A stretch of DNA of 64,000 bases, from contig JAGIBP010000017.1 in NCBI GenBank assembly GCA_017744285.1, positions 5,634-69,633 on the forward strand, in the 5' to 3' direction. Under the pieces are notes generated by a model. The model was not told where the DNA came from and searched no databases. It worked only from the letters and a program-made list of their open reading frames with translations. Position 1 is the stretch's first letter. Every line of letters begins with the position of its first letter. This stretch comes from Variovorax sp. (GTDB lineage: Bacteria > Pseudomonadota > Gammaproteobacteria > Burkholderiales > Burkholderiaceae_C). Positions 1-8,922 of the stretch are shown piece after piece. The position numbers and the translations under genes are program-made.

Positions 1-380
1 TGCTCGGGCCCATTCCCAAGGGCGTGCCGGTGAACCTGCTGGCCAACCTCAAGCTGCGCGCCGAGGGCGACGGCATCGGCGAGAAGGCGAGCCACCTGCA
101 GGACGTGGGCGAACTGCTGGTCAAGCTCAAGCGCACGCTCGCGAGCGCACCGCCCGGCGCGAGCGACGAGCAACTGCGCATGCACTTCTCGACCGTGCGG
201 GGGACGATGCTGGAACTGAGCAAGTGCCCCGACTTCGTGGTGAACCGCGGCCACTACTTCGGCACCGCCCAGTTCAACCAGCAGGACGGCCTGAGCGCCG
301 ACGAGAAGGCTTTCGGCAAGGAGCCGGTGTTGAGCGACGACGACAAGCGCGCACTGATCGCCTTCCTCAAGACCTTCTGA
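1..380 (+). CDS. C-terminal fragment of a large RoxA-like/c-type cytochrome family protein (5' truncated)
   Basis: Open frame from window start; ends NRGHYFG...LSDDDKRALIAFLKTF, like the GHxFG...ALIxxLKT tail of RoxA/di-heme peroxidase-like cytochromes; no CXXCH in the visible part. Confidence 0.5.
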   Translation, partial: LGPIPKGVPVNLLANLKLRAEGDGIGEKASHLQDVGELLVKLKRTLASAPPGASDEQLRMHFSTVRGTMLELSKCPDFVVNRGHYFGTAQFNQQDGLSADEKAFGKEPVLSDDDKRALIAFLKTF

Positions 381-400
381 CCGCCGCCGCGGCCGCGCCC

Positions 401-2290
401 ATGCCCGGAGCCCCCTCGCACGATTCGCGCGACTCGCACGACTGGGACTACGTCATCGTCGGCTCGGGCGCGGGCGGCGGCACGCTGGCGGCGCGGCTGG
501 CCGAGGCGGGCATGCGCGTGTTCCTGATCGAGGCCGGCGGCGATCCCCGCTCGGGCGACGGCCGCCTGCCGGATGACTACGACGTGCCGGCCTTCCACGC
601 CTACGCGTGCGAGAACCCCGCGATGAGCTGGAATTTCCGCGTGCGCCACTACGCCGACGAGACGCAGCAGGCGAGGGACTGGAAATACGCGCCGGGCCAG
701 GGCGTGCTGTATCCGCGCGCTTCGGGCCTGGGCGGCTGCACCGCGCACAACGCGATGATCTTCATGCTGCCGCATGCCTCGGACTGGGACCACATCGCGC
801 GGATCACCGGCGATCTCTCGTGGCGCGCCACGCACATGCGCCACTACGCGCAGCGCCTGGAGGACTGCCGGCACCGGCCGGTGTGGCGCGCGCTGCGGCA
901 CCTGGGCATCGATCCGACCGGGCACGGCTGGCATGGCTGGCTGCGCACCGAGAAGGCCATCCCGCTCACGGTGCTCGGCGACGACGGCCTGGTGCGCGTG
1001 CTGCGCGACAGCGCGAGCACCTTCACGAGCAGCCTGCCCACGCCCTTGCTGAGCACCTTGCGCTGGCTGCGCGGCGGCATGGGCGACCCGAACGCGCGCC
1101 CCCCCGCGGGCCGGACCTTCGAAGGGATCTGCTACACGCCGCTCACCACGTCGGCCCATCGCCGCACGGGCGCGCGCGAACGGGTGCTCGACGTGGCGCG
1201 GCGGCACCCCGACCGGCTGCACATCGAGACCGGCGCGCTCGCGACGCAGCTGCTTTTCGACTCCGACGGCGGTGTCAGCGGCGTGGCGTACCTGCGTGGC
1301 GAGCGGCTTTACCGGGCCGCGGCGCACCCCGGTGAATCCGGCGGCCAGCGCCGCGAGGCCCGGGCCCGTCGCGAGGTCGTGCTGTGCGGCGGTGCCTTCA
1401 ACACGCCTCAGCTGCTGATGCTCTCGGGCATCGGGCCGGCAGCGCATCTGGCCGGGCTCGGCATCGCGGTGCGCGTGAACCTTCCCGGCGTCGGCAGCAA
1501 CCTGCAAGACCGCTACGAGGTGGCGGTCACGCATCGCATGCGTTCGAACTGGGAGGTGCTCGAAGGCGCGCGCTTCGACCGTGACGACACCCTGTGGCGC
1601 CACTGGAACCGGGGCGACGTGGGCATGTATGCCTCGAACGGCGCGGCGCTCGGGGTGGTCCTGCGCTCGCAGGCGGCGCAGCAGCGGGGGCATGAACCCG
1701 ACCTCTTCTGCATGGCGCTGCTCGCGCGCTTCGAGGGCTACTTCAGCGGGTTCTCGAAATGGATCGGCGAGCACCAGGACCGCCTGACCTGGGCCGTGCT
1801 CAAGGCGCACACCCGGAACCGGGCCGGTACCGTGCGGCTGCGCACGGCCGACCCGCGCGAGCCGCCCGACATCAACTTCCGCTACTTCGGCGAAGGCAGC
1901 GACGTGGCCGGCGAGGACCTGCAGGCCGTGGTCGAGGCGATCCGCTTCGTGCGCCGCATGACCGCGCCCCTCATCCAGAGCGGCTGGATCGCCGAGGAAC
2001 TGGCCCCCGGCCCCGCGGTGCAAGACGACGAGGCGCTCGCGCAGTACGTGCGCGACACGGCGTGGGGGCATCACGCCTCGTGCTCGTGCCCCATCGGCGC
2101 GGAGGGCGAGGGCGGCGTGCTCGACAGCACCTTCCGTGTGCATGGCGTGAAGCGCCTGCGCGTGGTCGATGCCTCGGTGTTCCCGCGCATTCCGGGTTTC
2201 TTCGTGGCGGCGGCGGTCTACATGGTCGCCGAGAAGGCGGCCGACCTGCTGCTGCAGGAGGCGGCGCGCACACCTCTTTCGGCAAATTGA
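401..2290 (+). CDS. GMC family FAD oxidoreductase
   Basis: ATG at 401; DYVIVGSGAGG, RASGLGGCTAHN, GAFNTPQLLMLSGIG, GVGSNLQD, RVVDASVFP motifs. Confidence 0.92.
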   Translation: MPGAPSHDSRDSHDWDYVIVGSGAGGGTLAARLAEAGMRVFLIEAGGDPRSGDGRLPDDYDVPAFHAYACENPAMSWNFRVRHYADETQQARDWKYAPGQGVLYPRASGLGGCTAHNAMIFMLPHASDWDHIARITGDLSWRATHMRHYAQRLEDCRHRPVWRALRHLGIDPTGHGWHGWLRTEKAIPLTVLGDDGLVRVLRDSASTFTSSLPTPLLSTLRWLRGGMGDPNARPPAGRTFEGICYTPLTTSAHRRTGARERVLDVARRHPDRLHIETGALATQLLFDSDGGVSGVAYLRGERLYRAAAHPGESGGQRREARARREVVLCGGAFNTPQLLMLSGIGPAAHLAGLGIAVRVNLPGVGSNLQDRYEVAVTHRMRSNWEVLEGARFDRDDTLWRHWNRGDVGMYASNGAALGVVLRSQAAQQRGHEPDLFCMALLARFEGYFSGFSKWIGEHQDRLTWAVLKAHTRNRAGTVRLRTADPREPPDINFRYFGEGSDVAGEDLQAVVEAIRFVRRMTAPLIQSGWIAEELAPGPAVQDDEALAQYVRDTAWGHHASCSCPIGAEGEGGVLDSTFRVHGVKRLRVVDASVFPRIPGFFVAAAVYMVAEKAADLLLQEAARTPLSAN

Positions 2291-2353
2291 CGACCCCCAT
2301 CGATCGGCAGACACTTTTGTGCAAGACAGGGGCTTCCCCCGAGGAGAAGGCGT

Positions 2354-2785
2354 ATGGCGTATGACGTGGCGCAACTGCTCGACATGTCGCAGCAGCAGCT
2401 CGATGACCTGTTTCGCGGCAGCCCCGCGGGCGACATTCCCAACGGCGAGGCCGAGGGCACCGCGATCATCGCGCCCGGCACGCGCTACTCGGAGTCGATC
2501 GCGAAGATCATCAACTACTTCGGCTGGCAGGGGAAAGTGTTCGATGCCGAGAAAGGCGTGCTCAAGAACAAGATCACGCCCTTCGGTGTCGAGGCCATCG
2601 TCGCCAAGGTCGCCAAGGGCGAGAGCTGGCTCGACGGCAAGGAGTGCATCGTGCTCGATTACTCCGCGACCTCCCTGGTCGCGCATTGGATCCGCGACGA
2701 GATCCGCCTGATCTCGCCCGACTTCTATCTGGGCAAGGTGTACTGGGGCAAGGAACGGCTGATCGACTTCTGCCTCAAGTTCTGA
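2354..2785 (+). CDS. Conserved hypothetical protein (143 aa)
   Basis: AGGAG RBS upstream; coding-like codon bias; WQGKVFD, IVLDYS, IRDEIR motifs. Confidence 0.85.
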   Translation: MAYDVAQLLDMSQQQLDDLFRGSPAGDIPNGEAEGTAIIAPGTRYSESIAKIINYFGWQGKVFDAEKGVLKNKITPFGVEAIVAKVAKGESWLDGKECIVLDYSATSLVAHWIRDEIRLISPDFYLGKVYWGKERLIDFCLKF

Positions 2786-2792
2786 CGGTGCG

Positions 2793-4088
2793 GTGACGCC
2801 TCAATCGCACTTCATGGTGGTGGCGCCCATCGTGCCCGAGCGGGAGCCCGCACTGCGGGCGCTGCTGGACACGATGAACCTGTTGCCGGGCCAGGCCGAC
2901 CCCGCGAACCCGCTCGTGCCCTTCGGCGATTTCGAGCGTCTGCACTTCGCGCGCTTCGCGGTGCTGGCGGACACGACCGGCGCCGACTTCGGTGTCTTTC
3001 ATCTGCGACGACCGGCGTTCCCGACCTACCTGGCCTTTCTCGGCGAATGCGACGGGCCCGCCGAGGCGCAGCTCGCGGCCTTCGCCGATCAGGCGGGGGA
3101 GGGCCTGCGTCGCATCTTCTCGCACTGCGCCGGCTTCGATCCCGGCCGCGACCTCCTCACGTGGATGACGGCGCACCAGGCGAGGACGTCGGCGGGCTAC
3201 GTGAACTGGATCGGCCGCACAGTGCGGCAGATCCGCGAGAACAGCGCCCTGCGCCGCGCGCTCGCGGCGCAGGTGCCGCGGGGCGGCGCCGCCGCCGACG
3301 ATCCGCAGGCCGCGCGCCGCGCGTTGATGGCCTTCGTGCAGCAGGAGCAGCTCCAAGGCCGGCTGCTGCTGACCTCGCCCGAGCGCACCCCCTTCGACTG
3401 GCAGTGGCGCAACCTGCTTCACGCGGTGGGCATTCCGCTCGCCGGGCTGGTGCTGCTGCCGCTGATCGTCGTGGCCGCGCCCTTCGTCCTCGTCGCGCTG
3501 CGCCGCCACGAGAAGTGTGACCCGGAGTACTGTCCGCGCCCCGACAGCGCCGCCGTGCGCGACATGCAGCGGCTCGAAGACCACGACCTGACCAACAGCT
3601 TCACCGCGCTCGGCCTGGTCAAGCCCGGCGTGTTCCGCCGCTGGCTCACGCAACTCCTGCTGCTGCTCATCGACTATGCGGCCCGCCACGTCTTCGGACG
3701 CGGCCACCTCGCGCGCGTGCAGACCATTCATTTCGCGCGCTGGGTCTTCCTCGACGGCAAGGCGCGCGTGCTGTTCGCGAGCAACTACGACGGCAGTCAC
3801 GAAAGCTACATGGACGACTTCATCAACAAGGCGGCGTGGGGACTCAACCTGATCTTCAGCAACGGCTTCGGCTGGCCGCGCACCGACTGGCTCGTGAAGG
3901 GCGGCGCGCGTCACGAGCTTCGCTTCAAGCACTACCAGCGGCGCCACCAGTTGCCGACGCAGGTCTGGTACAAGGCCTACCCCGGCCTCACCCTCACCGA
4001 CCTGAACCGGGACCAGCGCATCCGCGAGGGCTTCGAGATGGCATCGATGAACGACGAGCAGGCGCGAGCCTGGCTGAGGCTGCTATGA
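2793..4088 (+). CDS. DyP-associated hypothetical protein with two HFAR-motif domains and a central hydrophobic segment
   Basis: GTG 7 nt after previous stop; LHFARF...FLGECDG and IHFARW...FASNYDG; stop overlaps next ATG. Confidence 0.8.
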   Translation: MTPQSHFMVVAPIVPEREPALRALLDTMNLLPGQADPANPLVPFGDFERLHFARFAVLADTTGADFGVFHLRRPAFPTYLAFLGECDGPAEAQLAAFADQAGEGLRRIFSHCAGFDPGRDLLTWMTAHQARTSAGYVNWIGRTVRQIRENSALRRALAAQVPRGGAAADDPQAARRALMAFVQQEQLQGRLLLTSPERTPFDWQWRNLLHAVGIPLAGLVLLPLIVVAAPFVLVALRRHEKCDPEYCPRPDSAAVRDMQRLEDHDLTNSFTALGLVKPGVFRRWLTQLLLLLIDYAARHVFGRGHLARVQTIHFARWVFLDGKARVLFASNYDGSHESYMDDFINKAAWGLNLIFSNGFGWPRTDWLVKGGARHELRFKHYQRRHQLPTQVWYKAYPGLTLTDLNRDQRIREGFEMASMNDEQARAWLRLL

Positions 4089-5575
4089 CGATGGCGCCGG
4101 TCGAGTACGAAGACATCCAGGGCCTGGTGCGCTTCGGCTACCGCGGCATGACGCAGGCCGTCTTCCTGCTGCTGCGCGTGACCGATGCCCGGGCCGCGCG
4201 CGCGTGGCTTGCGCAGGCGCCCGTGGCCAGCGCCGTGACGCGCGAGCCGCCGCCCGCGACCGCGCTGCAGATCGCCTTCACCAGCGTGGGGCTGCAGGCG
4301 CTCGGCCTGCCGCAGGACCTCGTCGACGGCTTCTCGCCCGAGTTCCTCTCGGGCATGGGCGGCGATGCGAGCCGCGCGCGGCGTCTCGGCGACCTCGGCC
4401 CCAACGACCCCGCGTGCTGGCAGTGGGGCGGCACGCCCGAGACGGTCCCGCACGTCATGGCGATGCTCTATGCCGAGCCCGGCAGGCTCGAGGACTGGGG
4501 CGCCGAGGCCATGGCCGGGGCGGAGCAGGGCTTCGAGCAGCTCGCGATGCTCACGACCTCCGACATGGACGGCGTCGAGCCCTTCGGTTTCGCGGACGGC
4601 ATCTCCGAGCCCTCGATCGACTGGCAGCGCGAGCGCGCGGCGAAGGACGTGGAGCGCGAGGACTACACCAACCTGTCGTGCCTCGGCGAATACCTGCTCG
4701 GCTATCCCAACGAATACGGCGCCTACACCGACCGCCCGCTGCTCGATGCCGCACGCGACCCCGGCGCGGTGCTGGCCCGGGCCGAGGACGCCCCCGGCCA
4801 CGCCGACCTCGGCCGCAACGGCAGCTACCTCGTGCTGCGCCAGCTCGAACAGGACGTGGCGGGCTTCTGGCGCTTCGTCGATGCCCAGGTGCACGGCGAT
4901 CCGGCCCGCCGCAAGCAACTCGCCGAGGCGATGGTGGGCCGCACGATGGACGGCCAACCGCTCATGGGCCGCGCCAGCGAGCCGATCGAGGGCGAGGACG
5001 ATCCGCGCAACACCTTCACCTACCGCGACGACCCTGCGGGCCTGCGCTGCCCGCACGGCGCGCACATCCGCCGCAGCAACCCGCGCAATGCCGACCTGCC
5101 GCCGGGGCCGGGCGGCTTCGTCTCCTGGGCCCAGCGTACGCTGGGCTTCGATGCCGATGCGCTCGCCGAGGACCTGGTGGCCTCGACGCGCTTTCATCGG
5201 CTGCTTCGGCGCGGCCGCGAGTACGGCCCCGGCGTGTCGCTGCCCGACGCGCTCGCGGGCCGCACGCCGCAGGCGCCCACCGGACTGCACTTCATCTGCC
5301 TGGGCGCCAACATCGCGCGGCAGTTCGAGTTCGTGCAGTCCGCCTGGCTGGCGGGCCTGCGCTTCAACGGCTCGCCGGGCGAGAGCGATCCGCTGATCGG
5401 CACGCACCTGCCGCGCGCCGACGGCACGGCGACGGACAGCTTCTCGATCCCCTCGGCCGATGGCCCCGCGCACCGCGTGTGCGGCCTGCCGCAGTTCGTG
5501 ACCGTGCGCGGCGGGGCCTACTTCTTCCTTCCAGGCCTGCGCGCCCTCGGATTCATCGCGAAGGGAACCCCATGA
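4085..5575 (+). CDS. DyP-type heme peroxidase
   Basis: EPFGFADGIS (GxxDG), CPHGAHIRRSNPR (proximal His), HRLLRRGREYG (distal Arg), RQFEFVQ. Confidence 0.9.
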   Translation: MTMAPVEYEDIQGLVRFGYRGMTQAVFLLLRVTDARAARAWLAQAPVASAVTREPPPATALQIAFTSVGLQALGLPQDLVDGFSPEFLSGMGGDASRARRLGDLGPNDPACWQWGGTPETVPHVMAMLYAEPGRLEDWGAEAMAGAEQGFEQLAMLTTSDMDGVEPFGFADGISEPSIDWQRERAAKDVEREDYTNLSCLGEYLLGYPNEYGAYTDRPLLDAARDPGAVLARAEDAPGHADLGRNGSYLVLRQLEQDVAGFWRFVDAQVHGDPARRKQLAEAMVGRTMDGQPLMGRASEPIEGEDDPRNTFTYRDDPAGLRCPHGAHIRRSNPRNADLPPGPGGFVSWAQRTLGFDADALAEDLVASTRFHRLLRRGREYGPGVSLPDALAGRTPQAPTGLHFICLGANIARQFEFVQSAWLAGLRFNGSPGESDPLIGTHLPRADGTATDSFSIPSADGPAHRVCGLPQFVTVRGGAYFFLPGLRALGFIAKGTP

Positions 5576-6798
5576 ACTCGAACGCGAGCCGCCCCACGCC
5601 GCGCGCCAACACCGGCTCGCTGTGGCGCAACGCCGTGAGCGACGCGGGCATGGCCCTGATCCGGCTGGAGCGACGCTTCGACCCGTGGTTCCGTCCGGCC
5701 TTCGATGCCGTTCTGCGCGATCCGCTGGCGCGCCTCACCACCGCGCTGATCAACAGCCGCCGCGAGAACGAAGGGCTCGGCATCGCCGAGGAAAGGCTTC
5801 TGCCCGACGAGGAGAGCTTCACCGATTCGATCGTCAAGAGCTTCACGCGGCAGATGACCGACCTGTGGAGGCCCGGCGGCTTCGAGCGCGGCGGCAACAC
5901 CAAGACGCAGGGCATCGTGCGCGGCGAATTCATCGTGCACGACGACATCCCCGAGACCATGAAGCGCGGCATCTACGCCAGGCCGCAGACCTTCCACGCG
6001 TGGGTGCGCTTCTCGGGGCCGGGCCCCTACATCACGCCGGACATCGACGACGTGGGCTTCATGAGCATCAGCATCAAGCTCATGGGCGTGCCGGGCCAGA
6101 AGCTGATGGACGAGGAACAGCACACGCTCGACATGTTCGCGGTCTCCACGCCCACCTTCGTCACGCCGGACGTGCGCTGCAACGCGGCGCTGCAGATAGA
6201 GAGCGTGAAGAACGCGCAGATCTTCTACTTCGTGAACCTGCGCGAATCGCATGTGCTCGACCTCGTCATGCAGTCGCTCTTCATCAAGACGCAGAGCAGC
6301 CCGTTCGAGGCGCCGTATTTCAGCTGCGTGCCCTACCTCCTGGGCGAGGGGCAGGCCATGCAGTACTCGGTGTGGCCGAAGACGAAGAAGCGCACGCCGA
6401 TCCCGCGGCTGCCGTTTCGCCCGCCCGACGACTACTTGCGCCGCGCGATGGTCGATTCGCTCGCGGCCGGCGACGTGGAACTCGACGTGCGCCTGCAGCT
6501 GCAGACCGACTCGCACCTCATGCCGATCGAGAACGCGGGCGTGCTGTGGCCCGAGAAACTCTCGCCCCGCATCAGCGTGGCCACGCTGCGCCTGCCGCGC
6601 CAGAAGTTCGACTCGCCCGCGCAGATGGAATTCGCCAAGCGGCTTTCCTACAACCCCTGGCACACCATCGCGGAGCACCGGCCGCTGGGCAACCAGAGCC
6701 GCGCCCGGCAGCGGATGTACTGGGCGCTGTCGACGCTGCGGCACAACATGAACGCGGTGCCGCACTACGAGCCGACGGGGGACGAGGTGTTCGAGTAG
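5572..6798 (+). CDS. Catalase-fold heme protein (short catalase-related family)
   Basis: RGGNTKTQGIVRGEF, WVRFS, LSYNPWH, HRPLGNQSRARQRMY; ATGA overlap with DyP gene. Confidence 0.8.
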   Translation: MNSNASRPTPRANTGSLWRNAVSDAGMALIRLERRFDPWFRPAFDAVLRDPLARLTTALINSRRENEGLGIAEERLLPDEESFTDSIVKSFTRQMTDLWRPGGFERGGNTKTQGIVRGEFIVHDDIPETMKRGIYARPQTFHAWVRFSGPGPYITPDIDDVGFMSISIKLMGVPGQKLMDEEQHTLDMFAVSTPTFVTPDVRCNAALQIESVKNAQIFYFVNLRESHVLDLVMQSLFIKTQSSPFEAPYFSCVPYLLGEGQAMQYSVWPKTKKRTPIPRLPFRPPDDYLRRAMVDSLAAGDVELDVRLQLQTDSHLMPIENAGVLWPEKLSPRISVATLRLPRQKFDSPAQMEFAKRLSYNPWHTIAEHRPLGNQSRARQRMYWALSTLRHNMNAVPHYEPTGDEVFE

Positions 6799-6817
6799 CC
6801 CCCGGCCCGGGCTCGGA

Positions 6818-8308
6818 TCAGATCAGCCGCCGGATCGCCTTCTTGCGCCACACGAACCGGTAGAAGCACGCCTGCAGGGTCAGCATCGCGGTGAAGGCCA
6901 CCGGATAGGCGACCCAGATGCCCTTCAGGCCGAACTGGTGGCTCATCCACCAGGCCACCGGCACCTCGATCAGCGCGATGCAGAAGATCGAGATGGCGGT
7001 GGGCACCAGCACCGTGCCGCTGGCGCGCATGATCCCCGACAGCGCCGAGCCCATGCCGAAGATCACGGTGCTCCACAGCATGATGTGCAGCAGCGTCTGC
7101 GCGACCTCGATCACCGGCTCGCTGGTGATGAAGAAGCCCATCAGCGGCCGCGAGAACAGGTAGCCCAGCAACACCAGCGCGCCGGTCAGCACCACATTCA
7201 TCATCAGCGCGGTGCGCGTGATGGCGCCCAGCCGCTCCACGCGGCCCGCGCCGATGGCCTGCGCGCCGAGGATCGAGGCCGTGATCGCGATCGAGATCGC
7301 CGGGAACTGCACGTAGGCCACCACCTGGTTCACCGCGCCGTAGGCCGCCGTGGCGTCGGAGCCATAGGCGTTCACGAAGGAGAGCAGGGCGAGCTCGGCC
7401 AGCGACACCACGATCATCTGCACCCCGGTCGGCACGCCGACCTTGAGCACCGACTTCAACAGCGCCGGGCGCACGCGCAGATGCCGCACGAAGTCGGCGT
7501 CGGGCGCCAGCGGGCTCTTCTTGCGCCGCAGATGCAGGGCCAGCCACGTGGTCGCCACCACGAACGAGACCACGGTGGCCCACGCGCCGCTCGCGACACC
7601 CATCTGCGGCAGGCCGAACCAGCCGCGGATCAGCGAGGGCGTGATGACCAGGCCGATCAGCGTCGAGATGACGAGCGTGTACAGCGGCGTCACCGTGTCG
7701 CCGACGCCGCGCAGCATCGCGGTCGAGAGCAGGAACACGAAAAGGCCCGGCATGGCGATCAGGATGATCCGCGCGTAGCGCGTGGCGTCGGCGAGGATGT
7801 CGGGCGGCGTGCCGAGCATGCGCAGCATGGGCTCGGTGAACGCGCCGCCGAACAGCGCCACGCCGAGGCCGAAGAGCACGCCCACGGTCAGCGTGGTGCC
7901 GGCCACGGCGCGCGCCTTGTCGGGCTCGCGCGCCCCCCAGGCCTGCCCGATCAGCACCGACGCGCCCGCGCCGAGCCCGATGGTGAAGGCGATGAAGAAG
8001 AACATCACCGGGAAGAAGCTCGACACTGCCGCGAGCGCGCCGACGCCGATCATCTGGCCCAGGTACACGTTGTTGAGCGTGCCGGACAGCGACTGCAGGA
8101 TGTTGCTGAGCAGCATCGGCGCCAGGAAGACCAGGAAGGTCTGCCACAGCGGGCGTCTGGCGATCGCCGCGGCGCGCGCGCTCGCGTGCGAGGCCGCCGG
8201 CGGTGGCACCGGATCGGGCGCCGATGCGGGTGGCGCGGCGATCTCGCCCGCATGCCGGATGTCTTCGGGCCCGGCGGGCCGGGGCGAGGTCTGCACCGGC
8301 GCGCTCAT
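6818..8308 (-). CDS. MATE family efflux transporter
   Basis: Many TM segments; PMLLSNILQ, LRGVGDT, MRASGT motifs. Confidence 0.92.
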   Translation of the reverse strand: MSAPVQTSPRPAGPEDIRHAGEIAAPPASAPDPVPPPAASHASARAAAIARRPLWQTFLVFLAPMLLSNILQSLSGTLNNVYLGQMIGVGALAAVSSFFPVMFFFIAFTIGLGAGASVLIGQAWGAREPDKARAVAGTTLTVGVLFGLGVALFGGAFTEPMLRMLGTPPDILADATRYARIILIAMPGLFVFLLSTAMLRGVGDTVTPLYTLVISTLIGLVITPSLIRGWFGLPQMGVASGAWATVVSFVVATTWLALHLRRKKSPLAPDADFVRHLRVRPALLKSVLKVGVPTGVQMIVVSLAELALLSFVNAYGSDATAAYGAVNQVVAYVQFPAISIAITASILGAQAIGAGRVERLGAITRTALMMNVVLTGALVLLGYLFSRPLMGFFITSEPVIEVAQTLLHIMLWSTVIFGMGSALSGIMRASGTVLVPTAISIFCIALIEVPVAWWMSHQFGLKGIWVAYPVAFTAMLTLQACFYRFVWRKKAIRRLI

Positions 8309-8862
8309 CGGGCACTCCAGGCGGCCGCGGACAGCTTGCGCAGGTGCGCCTGCACATCGTCGGGCCAGGATGCGATGAAGGATTCGAAGCGTTCGCGGTC
8401 ATCGGCGAAGAGGGAGCGCGCGGCTTCCTCGAAGCCCGGCAGGTCGCCGGCGATCACCGTCATGAAGCGGTAGGCGGCCTCGCGCGCGGCGCGCTGCGCA
8501 TCGCGGTCGGCATGCACGTGGCGCGCCTCGTCGACCAGCTTGCGCAGGGCGACCGATGCGCCGCCGGGCTGGCGCGCGAGCCATTCCCAGTGGCGCGGCA
8601 GCAGCGTGACCTCGCGCGCCACCACGCCCAGGCGGGGCCGGCCCACGCTGCGCGGCGCGGGTTCCTCGGCCGGCACGGCGGGAGGCTCGCGCAGGTCGAG
8701 GTCGAGGCGCTCGCCGGTGCTGTCGTCGAACACGAAGGGCTGCGCCTGCCCGGACCGGGCGCATTGCTCGCGCAACTGGGCAAGAACCTGCATGCGCGGC
8801 CCGGACGCGATGCGCCTGAAGCCGGCGAAGGCCGTGAGGTGGGATTCGGGTGAAGAAGACAT
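8305..8862 (-). CDS. DUF2239 family protein
   Basis: GRPRLGVVAREVTLLPRHWEWL...GGASVALRKLV signature. Confidence 0.85.
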   Translation of the reverse strand: MSSSPESHLTAFAGFRRIASGPRMQVLAQLREQCARSGQAQPFVFDDSTGERLDLDLREPPAVPAEEPAPRSVGRPRLGVVAREVTLLPRHWEWLARQPGGASVALRKLVDEARHVHADRDAQRAAREAAYRFMTVIAGDLPGFEEAARSLFADDRERFESFIASWPDDVQAHLRKLSAAAWSAR

Positions 8863-8922
8863 GGGGCGCGAATAATACCCGGGCAAAAAGATTTGCGCCA
8901 GCGGGCGGGGGCCGCCATGCGA

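Noticed and set aside
5500-5575. Encapsulin cargo-loading peptide on the DyP
   Set aside because: The C-terminus ends GFIAKGTP without a GSLxIGSL-type tail, and there is no encapsulin gene in the window.
4204-6798. 864-aa ORF suggesting a DyP-catalase frameshift fusion
   Set aside because: The upstream part is Arg/Pro-rich off-frame sequence, and the ATGA overlap at 5572 explains two separate genes.
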